Shown piece by piece: positions 1 through 21,760 of a DNA stretch of 64,000 bases. The stretch spans positions 21,948,001-22,012,000 of the forward strand of contig NC_092674.1 in the NCBI RefSeq assembly GCF_964355755.1. The letters are read 5' to 3'. The stretch's first letter is position 1, and every line of letters starts with the position of its first letter. The stretch is from Antedon mediterranea. Its lineage: Eukaryota > Animalia > Echinodermata. The notes under the pieces were generated by a model that had not been told where the DNA came from, ran no database searches, and saw nothing but the letters and a program-made list of their open reading frames with translations. Position numbers and translations under genes: made by a program.

Positions 1-280
1 TGAACAGTTCAAATATATTGTTGTTGTGAACCAGGCCTTGCCTAGAATCTTATTCATAAACTTTAAACTTGACACAACTTGGGATAGCACCTACCAGATT
101 GCTAAGAATTAGTTAGCAAGGGTTGGGTCTGGTGTGATATTTAGGGGTCTGGAGTTTCAAGGTATCAAAATGACCAGAATTATACTAAAAAACGTTTAAA
201 AAAAACAACTTTTTTTGCTACTTTATTGTACCGTTTAAAAACCATTTTTAGTTTTATTTATTTTTGTCTTTTCTATTTAG

Positions 281-3200
281 GATGGCTCAGCATTACCGGC
301 AAGTCAGAGAGCATACCATCCGGATGAAGCAAAGAAGCAGAGTCATTTAAAAATTGATGTCAAATACTATTTATCACAGCAAGTACACCCAGTAGTGTCT
401 CGGTTATGTGACCCCATTGATGGCACAGATGCTGCCCATATTGCAGAGTGTCTGGGTGAGTCTTTATTTACCTACCAAGAGAGGCAGAGCAAAATGTTAT
501 GGGAGCACTAATGGGGCAAAGATGGCCATAATGCTCAATTTCATAGTGTGTATTGGATACTTCAATACATTCATCCATGTCCCCTGAATTCAGGTGTCAA
601 AATGCTAAGGCCTAGACTTTGAGAGATGCAGTGATTTAACTTTTCCTTCAGGCCTACCCGGTAGCAGTGCGGCTTCTCATCTAAAAAATCCTAAAAGCAT
701 AAACCTGAGGTATTCTGCTTTTTAATGACCCTAAAATACATTTTGATTGCATTCAAATATCAATTTAAAATGTCACTAAACCAACTACTATTGACTGTTA
801 CAGTTTTATCAAATGTAAATCTAAATTTATTTGAACATACAAACAAAAATAAGCGAACACAAGCTATATTATTCCAAACTATAATGCAAGACCTAATCAT
901 GTTTTTCTATATGTTTTTTTCTAGGCCTGGACCCTTCTGGTTACAAGCAGGCCCTAAGGCAACAGGAGGTTGATCATGATGCTTATGAAGGCTTTGAAGC
1001 CCAAATGACAGATGAAGAGAAATACAAAGACTGTGAATTATTCAAATTTGTCTGTCCTGCCTGTAAAAAACAAAATATAATTGATACTGTAATTACAAGC
1101 TCTGTAAGTGTAATATCACACTTAGGCTAAGGGAAATACTTGCACTTAGAATTTGAAAATGTGGATACCACTTTAAGTAAAAAAAACTTCTATTTATTAT
1201 TATTACTTAAGTGAAATTTATCACTTAAGTGTGATTGGAGAATACTGGATTTTAACTTGAGGCCATTAGTAAGGCATGTAACTAATCATGATTAATTATT
1301 TCTTAATTTCTTTCTTCATTTTGTAAAGAATTCCTGCCGTTTAGAAGCATGCTCAAATGAGGAGTGTGGGAAGCCTCTGTACAAATATGAAGCGCAGATG
1401 AAAAACCAAATACGTGTGATGATACGCAGATGTGTGGCCAAGTACTATGATGTAAGTAGTTGTATGTAACGTTATTCTTTTACGTCTTGCTAATGTGCTT
1501 TGAGCAGCCATGTTGAAACACTGATTCTCATCAGAACACCAAAGTTAAATTTGATAGTGTAGGCAGAGCTTAACAAGGGATATCAGAATAGCATGGGTTT
1601 GAAACCTGTCTATGCCTGCCATATTGCTTGTATCCTTAGGCAAGATACTTATTTTGTTGCATCGTTCTTCGTATGGGACAAAAAGTTGTTCATTCTGTGT
1701 ATATATATATATATATATATAAATTCAAAGGCAAATTACTGAAAAAAATGACAATGCTGTGGGTAACAGTGGCTGGATCTCAATGGAGATACAAAAATAA
1801 AAAGCGAAAAGCTAAATCAAAACGATAAAGTAAACAGCCAGAAAAGTTAGCAGAGCTTTCGGGCAACACTAGCCCTTCATCAGTGATATATATATTGATC
1901 ATGTGCATGAGACAAAGAATTGTCTATCTTATTTGAACAGAGTAAGAGATAGTCTCCCAATGTTCTGAACATGTCTTTGTCAGGAGTGTAAATATGGAAT
2001 CTAATGATTGCTACTACTATTATTATAAAAATAATCGACAGCAGTTTATACAAGAATAAAAGTGGTTTTGTTTTAATTTGCCAGGGTTGGTTGGTGTGTG
2101 AGGATTCCTCATGTGCTCACCGTACACGATGTGTTCCCATCAATCCACAACGCCATGGCCTTCCATGCTCAGTTTGCCAACGAGCTCTACTCAAGCCCGA
2201 GGTTTGTTAACTGATTACTTTTTAACATTCAGCTTATTACATAACAATTGTTTAAACTAGGGTTAAAGGCACTATCGCTCTATGGTTCTGGTGTTAGAAC
2301 TTCTCAGATAAGCTCATGTGCACTTTAAAGAGCCTAGTACATCTTTCGAGACGAGTAGGGTTACTTCGGTAGCCACTGACCATAACTGGACCCTCTATGA
2401 GACCAGTCTTTGACTGAAGATGTCACCAAGTAAAAAAAAAATTAACAATTCACAAACAATTTAGAAACTGTCACTTCAAAATTAGAAACTACTGATGGTG
2501 CATCGTATATATTTTATTTTCAAATCTTGTAGTTTCTTATACCACCTGTATTCTAAGTAGTGCCCATGACTGTGGCAGCCAATATACATAGTTAAATCGA
2601 CTTTATTTTAAGCTACAATTAAAGGTTTGCTAGTGAATAAAGAAATGAATTTCTAACCTTGTTTTTCTAATATAATAATATGTTTTTCAGTACACTAGCA
2701 AAGCACTTTACACTCAGCTAAGATATTTCAAATTTATCTTTGATACTCATCATGCCCTTGAAATGAACAAGGATAAAGGTAAACACTTATTTCATTAAGT
2801 TAATGAACATTGTATACAGAGAAAAAATGTATTCTTCTAAACTCAACACATTGATTTCCACCTTGTGGATTTCAGGCTCAAGACATGAGAAAATATAAGA
2901 AAGTTTATTTCTGTCATAAACATACAAACCATAACTGAATTATATAATGGGCAACCTAGAAACAAAATAGAAAAGAAATACACTACAAATACTCATGTGG
3001 GCTATACAAAATGTATTGCTTAAAAAAAACCACACATTTTTTTATTTAAAGATGTATTGTCTCCAAAAACATGAAAAATCAAGATTAATTAAATCGGAAT
3101 TGAAATAGGTTATTTTGTAGTTTTAATAAAGTTAATCCCTTCCGTAAAAAAAAACCCAAAAAAAATTGTGTTTTCTCATGTAAAATGACAAAATAAATGA

Positions 3201-3728
3201 TCAAATTCAACCAAAAATGACTACCTCCTGACTAAAGTCACCAACCAGCCAATTTTTCTATATTTTGCTTTAAATTACAGTTTCTTGAGGTAAATACATT
3301 GTCTTTCGATTTCAAATTTTTGGTCAGAGTGGATTACTATTCAGTGAAATTAAAATGGCATATTCGACAAAAAAATTGAAAAAAAAAAAATTTTTCAATA
3401 CATCTTTAATAGAGTATGTTTAAAAAAAAAAATGAATATCAGCTACTGCCTTTTCAACCTTGTTCAGTTGTTCCAAACGTCTACATTCTTGCTCGGTGAC
3501 TTTATTCAGAGTGTAGTCATTAACTAGGCTACTAACCTTTCTAACAGAAACTTAAAATATTATAATTATTTTACAGGTGTGACTAAACAAATTTTTGAAA
3601 GAAATCTTGAAGTACGAAATGCATACGACAGACTTCTACAGACAACAGATTGCGCTGTTCGACAAAGTGGTTACTCTGAGGTTAATCTCAGTCGATTGTT
3701 TGAGAATCTCTTTACAATCAAAGTTTGA
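281..3728 (+). CDS. POLA1: DNA polymerase alpha catalytic subunit, last 6 exons (5' part upstream of window)
   Basis: GT-AG exons 281-455, 925-1103, 1329-1451, 2085-2201, 2691-2778 and 3577-3728 join in frame: [93 protein letters not shown]. This matches the Pol alpha thumb and C-terminal Zn-finger domain. Confidence 0.95.
1505..1960 (+). mobile_element. Degenerate SINE remnant interrupted by (TA)n and a Penelope-like fragment
   Basis: B-box-like ggtttgaaacc (~1596), core-like gtatccttaggcaagatactt and tcttcgtatgggac..aag motifs, and a weakly 5S-like stretch at 1505-1547. Heavily decayed. Confidence 0.4.
1851..1885 (-). ncRNA. Minimal hammerhead ribozyme motif (Penelope-like element type)
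   Basis: Minus strand reads ca-CTGATGA-a-GGGC-tagtgtt-GCCC-GAAA-GCTC-tg. It has the conserved core, a 4-bp stem II, palindromic AGCT at stem III and a 2-bp remnant of stem I. It lies in a segment bounded by TA repeats (1700-1720 and ~1886-1895). Confidence 0.7.
2255..2432 (+). mobile_element. Partial copy of the tRNA-derived SINE family at 31681
   Basis: Shares atggttctggtg..tgcactttaaaga..tagtacatctttcgagacgagtaggg..accagtctttgactgaaga..tcacc with 31770-31975. Confidence 0.8.
3047..3408. mobile_element. MITE with TIR taaagatgtattg (other copies at ~13787 and 28107-28202)
   Basis: taaagatgtattg...caatacatcttta inverted ends; the same terminus recurs at 13787 and 28107. Confidence 0.6.
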
Positions 3729-4413
3729 GGGGATTTATATACAGTATCATAATATTCAGTATGCAAATAATGAATATTTTTTAGTGGAATTGATATAATA
3801 TTTTCATCAGTAGAAATATAGACTTTCTATTTTACAAAGCGATTCCAAGTTAAATATACCTGAACATCAAATATTTGTTTTATAACACACCTACTGAAGG
3901 CTGAATAATATTATAAAAGTTGCACGCTCACAAGTCGTGAGATGAATACAAAATAGTACAGTACATTACATTTAAACCAACCAATAAAATGGTGTGTTAT
4001 AATATGCAATAAGTATACAGTATTAAGATTTAAACATCAACCATGAAGTATACAGCATAATTTTATACCACTGAAAACCTTTGCTATATATTTTCTTGAT
4101 TTTCATTGCATTTTTTGTAATGCAGTATTTTGCGACCCCTTAGTCTAGGTCGATGTAGCATTTTGAAGGGACCAGTGTATGTATTGAGGTTTAGGGATTG
4201 TACTTGTGTGATTATGTAGGAGGGAAATGGTTACAACATTTTTTTATAGCCTCCTAATATAATAAATTGTAATTAATAGGCTAAATCAAATTGTGTTGAT
4301 TAATCTTGAAAATAGAAATGTAGTATTTCTTATACCATGGATGTTTTTTCATGTAAACTATGTGTTTGGGGTGTGGGGGAAATTTGTTAAAAAATGATAC
4401 TAATGCTAGGCCT

Positions 4414-6215
4414 CGTATCCGGATATTCACCCCCTGGACATTTACCCCCGGACAACTACCCCCCGGACAACCACCACCTGGACCACTACCCCCTTAGGAC
4501 AACTACCCCTTTAGGACAACTACCCCCCGGACAAATACCCCCCGGACAACAACCCCCTTAGGACAACTACCCCCTGGACAACTACCCCCGGACAATTACC
4601 CCTAGGAACAATCACCCCCCGGACAATTACCACCCAGAAAACTATCCCTTTAGAACACCCTAACCACCCAGACCATTCAACAACCTGACTCTGCAACAGT
4701 GTATAATAGGAATTAATAACTATATTTTAATTCGTTACTTTGACGAATTACTATTCATTATTGTAAACAAAAGTAAAAGATTGAACATAAATATAGCCTG
4801 GTATAAACTGAAGATTGTCACACATGATCATAGGATAGTCGAACGTATTATATAGTACTCCCTGTATTTACTGTAAAGACTGGGTTCGCTAATAATAATA
4901 ATAATTTTTGCGTCAGGACAATGCTTCGATAACCACTGGTCTTAAAAGAATTAATTTTTGTCTCAAATTTGTCATATATGTATTTTTGTACACTTGAAGA
5001 ATAATATCACTTTTGATATTTGACCTCAATGTTCACTCACCGAATAAACGTCGATCTTTAAATAAATTCCCCTCAAATAAACGGTGACCATGTCACTCCC
5101 ATGAACCATCATATGGAATAATCGGCGTCTATTTCCATTAGATTATACCCCCTCCCATTGAATAAACAACTTTCTTCCAATAAATGTCCACCTAAAAACC
5201 ACCTAAACAATAAACAGCCCGTTTTTTCAATAAATACGGTACTTTAAATCTAGCACATCTAGGGTCTAGCGTGCTGTTAAACAGAATAATCGGTTAAAAA
5301 CGGGTGTTTCGAAACTAGAGACCCGAGACCAGAGACCCGAGACCCAATACGAAAAGGGAGACCTAAATATACGAAAAGGGAGACCCACGTACGAAAAGGG
5401 GAGACTCCACTATACGAAAAGGGAGACCCCACTATACGAAAAGGGAGACCCCACTATACGAAAAGGGAGACCCTAATATACGAAAAGGGAGACCTAAATA
5501 TACGAAAAGGGAGACCCAATTATACGAAAGGGAGACCCAAATATACAAAATGGGAGACCCAAATATACGAAAAGGGAGACCCACTATAAGAAAAGGGAGA
5601 CCCCACTATACGAAAAGAGAGACCACACTATACGAAAAGGGAGACCCTAATATACGAAAAGGGAGACCCAAATATAGGTCTCCCTTTTCGTATTGGGTCT
5701 CGTGTCAGGTCTCTGGTCTCGGGTCTCTAGTTTCGAAACACCCGTTAAAAACAGATGATTTCATTTTTACAGAAACCGGTCCTATATATTTGTCTACTTT
5801 TGGATGGGGGGGGGGGGGCGGTAGTTGACCGGGGGATAGTTGACCGGGGGACAGTTGACCGGGGGACGGTTGACCGGGGGATGGTTGACCGGGGGTTGGT
5901 TGACCGAGGGTTGGTTGACCGGGGGGTGGTTGTCCTAAGGGGGTGGTTGTCCTAAGGGGGTGGTTGTCCGGGGGGTGGTTGTCCGGGGGGTAGTTGTCCG
6001 GGGGGTAGTTGTCCGGGGGGTAGTTGTCCTAAGGGGGTAGTTGTCCTAAGGGGATAGTTGTCCTAAGGGGGTAGTTGTCCTAAGGGGGTAGTTGTCCTAA
6101 GGGGGTAGTTGTCCTAAGGGGGTAGTTTTCCGGGGGGTAGTTGTCCTAAGGGGGTAGTTGTCCGGGTGGTAAACATCCGGGGGGTAACTGTCTAGGGGGT
6201 AGGTGTCCTAGAACC
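4414..6215 (+). mobile_element. Non-autonomous foldback (Mutator-like) DNA transposon, copy 1
   Basis: Long modular inverted termini built of ggacaactacccc(cc/ctta) units. Perfect 9-bp TSD gctaggcct at 4405-4413 and 6216-6224. Near-identical inverted copy at 57038-58744. Confidence 0.9.
5302..5743. mobile_element. Nested MITE inside the foldback element
   Basis: TIR gggtgtttcgaaactagagacccgagaccagagacc, internal ~21-bp tandem tatacgaaaagggagaccc units, and a 9-bp flanking duplication gttaaaaac (5293-5301 / 5744-5752). Confidence 0.85.
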
Positions 6216-6918
6216 GCTAGGCCTATATCTGAAATAATAATGAATAATGTTAAATTGTTGGCTATATGTGAGGATTAGATTAATTTTAAAATAATGTTGA
6301 ACATGTAAATATAATTATAGCATTGAATTAATTGTCTTAAAATAAAATTGTAATGATCCCCCCACATTAAATTTCAACTGATATTTCTAGTCTTAACCAT
6401 CAACAGAGTTCTTTCTGTTGTTATTCTTTGTGTAATAATAATGTAATTTTGCTTAGAATTTAAGTTCACTTACTTGAAAATTGTAAATTCCCCAGAATTG
6501 TTTAATTAATAATATAAAATACTGAATACTTCTCTATGTGTATAGTTTTCGTACAATTATTAATAAATTGATGATTACCAGAATTCTGACATTTTATAAT
6601 CTTGTGTTACATTTTGTCTTGTTTAGAGTGTTTATAATCATCATTTTATCATTTAATTATTTTCTTCTCATCACTTTCAAATAACATATTGATGGGATAT
6701 TTTCCTGTTTTTCACAATACTTGGACATTTCTGTGGTAGTCATGTAATACTGTATGAATAAACCAAGGTGGCCATGTGGTGTTTTATGCAAATATGAAAA
6801 ATCACGTGGGTAGATTATGGTTGACTGCACATATCCAGGTCAAGTACTTTCAGATTGTAAACAATTCTAAGCCGCCGTTACTCAGCAATTTTTGTTAACA
6901 AAACTATACCGCACCTAG

Positions 6919-16191
<9,273 letters not shown>

Positions 16192-17117
16192 AAGAAGTAG
16201 TGAAAGACTGTGTTTTGAGAATTTAAAAGCTCCGTCTACACTATCAAACTTAATGTGACCCAAAAATGTGATGTGCCCATATGGACACGATGACATCATA
16301 TCACACTTTTTTTGTCAATATAGTTTGATAGTGTAGTCAGAGCTTTGATACATGCTATCCACATAGGATAGTTCAGGATATTTAATTTTGAATGCATTCA
16401 TTTGTACTGCCTTAAAATAATGTTCAAAAAGCACAAATATAAAACTTATGCACCATGAAAAAAAAATCTTATTTAACGTAAGGATTTACGGTTACTGCAT
16501 AAAATATTTCTTCTGTTACTATTTTGTGCGACCAGCATAACAAATGTGTGACAGTTCAGTGGGTACACCCTCTCTGCTTTGTCAATGAAGCAAAACAATC
16601 TGACTGAATAATTAATCATAAATGCAAGAATACTGTACTTTTCGATTTGTTTACAATTGAATCATGTTATCAGTATTGTGTCACATGTAGTGGTTCCAGT
16701 GTAAACATACCTTTACTGGAAAGAGGATATATTTTGAAGATATTAAAATGACTGTGTATTAATCTTTTGATAAAATAATTATTATTATTAACACTGCACA
16801 TAACATAAATTTCAAACAAAATTCAGTACTTTATAGAGTTTAATTTATCATAAATTGTATTTTTTATAAATGTTTATTAGATAATAATAGTAACATTCCA
16901 AAGAATGATAATGGTAAATGGTAGTTGTGAGTGAATTGTAATGCCCTTAGTCTGTCATTTTGAAATGTATACATTCCATGTATAACATTTCTATTGTTTA
17001 TTATACAGTGTAAACCATTATATTAAACAACATTGATAATAACCACACTTATATTTTGTTAGTGATAAAGCAGAACGAACATAATACGAACATAATTGAT
17101 AATGTTCTTGCAAATGC

Positions 17118-17208
17118 CTTTTTCAGCTCACTATGTCGGTCGGTCGGTTGGTGTAAATCACTAACTCAAATTTGAGAACGCGACTGCAGCCATGTATATG
17201 ACCTTGTT
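17118..17208. mobile_element. Short Helentron/DINE-like non-autonomous element
   Basis: (gtcg)n microsatellite, cgcgact motif and cttgtt end; reverse-oriented relative of 24870-25079. Confidence 0.45.
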
Positions 17209-17342
17209 TACATAAACAATAGACATTTTAAACCCGGATCTACCATTTAAGGACTCTTTTTCCTTATAAACGAATGGTGACTTCACTGAAAGAAAAATGT
17301 TGTTAACGATAGGCCTAAAGCAAAACGAACACATTTTTTTTT

Positions 17343-17583
17343 TAAAGTGGTGCTACAGGGATTGTTTGATATAGATGTTATGAGATATTAATGTCACTGA
17401 TTTTCAATTACATATAAACGCTAATTGGGTTAAGTTATTTAAAAAAAATATATTTTCCTTTGTAAAACAAATTCAAATTATATATCTAAGAAAAATGACT
17501 CAAATTGACATACGGTAAATGACAAGTCAATTGTTGTGAATGTTCTATTTTATAACATAAAAAAAGTCATGTAGCACCACTAA
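17343..17583. mobile_element. MITE with TIR agtggtgctaca
   Basis: taaagtggtgctaca...tgtagcaccactaa, sitting between two copies of a ~95-bp duplicated sequence (17207-17300 / 17626-17725). Confidence 0.55.
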
Positions 17584-20500
17584 GGCGGCTTATTTCATGA
17601 CGTCAATGTTGCAAATGGGTTTTTTTTTACATAAACAATAGGCATTATAAACCCGGATCTACCATTTAAGGACCCTTTTTCTCCTCTTTCAACGATTCGT
17701 GACGTCACTGAAAGAAAAATGTTTTATTCTCGATCAGTTGATAATTTGCTTCTTTTTATACGATCGTGTCTTGGTTCATTTGTTCTTCGTTTAAAAATAT
17801 AACAATTATCAACTAATAGCTAGTTTTTACAGGCGTGATGAATCATACATTATTTCTGTTTCAATCGACGGTAATTGAATTCGGGTCTAACATCTAATTT
17901 TCCATGACTCTGTTGTGGAATATAGAAAATAAGATTAAGGAATTTTCTAGTGCGTTAGAGGAGAATTCCGTAGAATTATCTTCACTCATTTCCAAACGAA
18001 TAAACATAAATAAACACATTGGAATCTCTAGAACTCAAATTGCCTAGCAAGCCAAATTAACTAACTTTCTATTACTATTAGTCTGGCTCCTTTCCAACAA
18101 ATCATCGATTAAGTTAGCTATCCAGTTGTCTTTTTTCTCGCCCCAAACCAAACATACACGTGCTAGTCAAATTGGAGATGGACCACATATAAATAAACTA
18201 AATGTGTATGCTGTAACGAGTATCCGGGATCAGCCTAATGATTTTCTACTCAGACTAGTAAATTAAACTATAATGATCGGCTTTGTGACAATTTGTCTGA
18301 ATTGAAACAAACCAAACTGGTACCGGTAATCGTTTAATTGCGGAATTAATTTGCCATGACTGTCATTATTAGTAATGGACAAAGATTGTTAAAATGCAAC
18401 AAACTTGTATTAATGGACATTGTACTCGAAATATATGACTACATTTAAAAACACTTTAGCGTTGAAGAGTCCATTCCAGAAGGTATTTCTCAATTTAATT
18501 GAGATATCTCTGTTAATAGAGATATCTTTATTAATAGAGATATCTTAGTTTTTAATAGCAATACCTCTATTAATAGAGATATCTTTAAAAGTTTAAAAAT
18601 AAGATATCCTATTTCCGAATAAATGACAACTTGGCGCGCCATACATTAGGCCTACTACCACCAGTACTTTCAATTTGACATAACAAAGCATGGCATAACA
18701 GTCAATGTTTCGCTATATTTTTGGTCAAATTAAAAGAACTGGTCTACTTTGCTATTATGTTTACTAGTCCCTAGATGTTGTAATGGGTCTAGACATGAAA
18801 GGAAGTTTGTATAATAAACATACACTTTTCATTTGGCAATTTTCCATGGTGTAGTAAACTTAATGAAGTTTTCCTATCAAACACTAAATATAAACGTGTA
18901 ACCTTCTCAATTCATTTTTACTCAGACACAGACAGTCACATAGTAGTAATTTATAAATAATTAGGCTACCGAACATAAATAAACAAGAAATATTTCTTAT
19001 TACAAAAAAAACGGCGAAAAAACGACTTTATGACTAACAATTTTAATCATTGTTATTTCTTCAGATAAAATGGTTTAATTATTTTTGTTTAACAATCAGT
19101 AGTAAACATTTTGTGTAAATATTATCATAAACTAATCTACAGTATATGTAGGCCTACATATTCCAGCGTAGGAGCATCGACCTATCTAATTTATCGGTCC
19201 ATGGTAAGGAGCATTAATTACTCCCTAATTTGACCAGGCCGACATGTATGCCTACTATCTAGCCAGGGATAGCGATGCAACAATAAAAGTTAATAGCATA
19301 CATTGCCTGTTGATATTTTGTATCAATATTAAAATAAATAAAGAATTATGAAAATCTGACATATAGTTTCGAAATATAGGGTCCAAAACATCGCCAAAAA
19401 TAATCATTTTTAGCCACGAACGAAGTAAATAAATTGCGCCCACAGTAGCCAATTGTATGAACTTTAAAAATTACGGTTTTTAGTAATATATTTTGTATAT
19501 CAACATTGAAAAATTCAATCAAATATGATATTACCTGTTTATAAAATAAAAAAGAGTGTTTATTTAAACTAAAATTCAAAGAATACATTATTTTCCCGTG
19601 TGTTGGACATGCAGTCCTCAGTATATCGTGACTTGATTGACGTCAAGTCAACCAATCAAAGGGCGATAATCCCAAATCGTTCAACCGTGAGCCCTCATAG
19701 ACTCTCTTTTCTCAGAAATTTGTTGGGTCCAGCAGCTTGGACCTATCAATTAATCGAGTTTACAAAATATCGAAAATGTCAGCCGTAGATTTCCGCTTGA
19801 TATAGCTTCTGAATGAGTAGTCCTCTGGGGATATAACTGGCTAAAGCCGCGGCGCGAAAATCACTTTTTTAATCGTGTTATAACTTTTAGCAATGCACAT
19901 TATTACTGATGTTTGAAAAAAAGATGTATATTCTGACATCGGTCGTCAGAAAGAGAATATAATAGACTATAGTTTTTACTTCCTAAATAATATTCCATTT
20001 TTTTTTGCAAAGGGGCCGTAAATATATCGTGGATGTGGACAGCCAGGATAAGATTTTCAAAAATGTTTTACAAAACAACTATAACGTTTGAAATCAATTT
20101 TTAAATATTATTATTAGGGTTTCAAAAATATGTTGAGATAGTGTCTTGTGCGCACCCCTTGTACTATTAAAGTAAGAAAAAAAAACAATCGATACGAAAA
20201 TAAACGACACCTCCCGTGTGGTAAAACCCACATGACGTTTTTCGAAGAGGACGGGAGAGGGAGGATATGTCGATAGAGATTCAGCTGGAGCAGCCTGCAC
20301 AAATCGTATAATATAACTTATTCTAACATGTTTTTTTGTCTATTATCCTCACCGGCGGCGGCACTTAGATATTTGAATGTTGTATCAATCCATCCTTTTT
20401 CTACCAAGCTTACTTTTAGCCTAGATGCGTTATCGGAGTTCAACTAGCTTGAGTGTTGCTGGTCTAGTGTTTGTTTAAATGGCACTATCTTATCTTATAA

Positions 20501-21760
20501 AAGTTATAAATAAATAATGAAAGAGTGCGACGTTGCTAATAGTACCTGTTGATAAACATATACAAGATTTCCATTGATCACATGCTTATGAAACTTGTTT
20601 ACATTACAGAATATATTTGTGTTTTGGTAGTATTTATTTGTAGGGATTCGGAAGTTCAAGTTCCACAATTAATTAGAACACTCTACAGTGTTATTCTGCA
20701 CAATTAACGAAGTTCATACTGGTGAACAGTAAGTAATCGAACGGGTATTTATGTTAACTAGCAGTTTACCCGTTTATTTTAAGTTAATAGTGATGTTTTA
20801 TTGTTCAATATCTGTGAGTTTGAACCAGAACTGTCTACTGTTCTTTGTAGGTTTGTGTGTTGCAGTTTTTGTTGCAATACATTTTTGCAAATAAAAATGG
20901 CTCAAGCTTGGTTGCTGTGTCTGTTATTAAGTTTTTTTTTAAATAGAAAATAAATGTCATTCAAGCCACCACATACGGGAGTTAATAAATGAGTTTATTG
21001 GCCATTATGTAATTTCCGTTTTATGCTCTGATAAATGTTGAAAAGTTAACATAGGCATAACATTGATTAGGTAAAACTATAAATCTCGATGATTCAGGAA
21101 CAGTGCTATGACCTCTCAAAGAATTTTGAGACTATTAATTGCGGAAGTAGTATTTATCACATAGGCTAATTCCTACTTATACATTTCTAAAGAAGACTGA
21201 ATTTCAATATTTATTTTTAAGGGGATTGAGGGGGTGGGGGTTAAAACAAAAAACTGGAAAATATTTTGTTTGTAGTAATATATAATATAAATTATTTTAT
21301 TTATATTCAAGATTATTATTACTAGATCATTCGGACGTTGTAGAGGCATGACCAGGCGTGCATATCTGTAATTTAGTTCATTCACATTTTCATTAAAAGA
21401 ACATTAAAATATAATGATGTTAATATACGCAACTAGGGAATACGCGTGACGTAAAAGAAAAGCCAGACCCTTCAAATCTTTTATCCAGACTAACTTTTCC
21501 ATGAATTTAATTATAAATTACATATATCCTAGACATTGTCATAAAACATTCTTATGAGAATTGAAATGAATTACGTCTGCGAGGGTTGTTCCTGGAAAAA
21601 GTTGACACGCATGATTACAACTTCTCAAAGTAAATTTGAACTTTACACAGATTATTCAAAGTATACAAACTTCTTATATAGGTTCTTACGAAGTGTTTTT
21701 TCCATACAGACTGTAGGCACACGCATATACAAACTTTACAATACAAACTTGATTACGAAG

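Noticed and set aside
1505-1547. 5S rRNA-like stretch
   Set aside because: Only ~40 nt with several mismatches; at most a decayed SINE or pseudogene fragment, not an rRNA gene.
5350-5680. CRISPR-like regularly spaced ~21-bp repeats
   Set aside because: Units are head-to-tail with no unique spacers, lie inside a MITE in a eukaryotic genome, and no cas genes are present.
5550-5955. ORFs with repetitive peptides (IRKGRP, VDRG repeats) and similar ORFs at 14589, 15699, 58596-59201
   Set aside because: They are translations of transposon subrepeats or microsatellite; there is no splice context or domain.
19250-20340. CpG-richer non-coding block that looks like a DNA transposon interior (similar block at 49590-50730)
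   Set aside because: I could not identify TIRs, TSDs or a second copy, so no feature is called.
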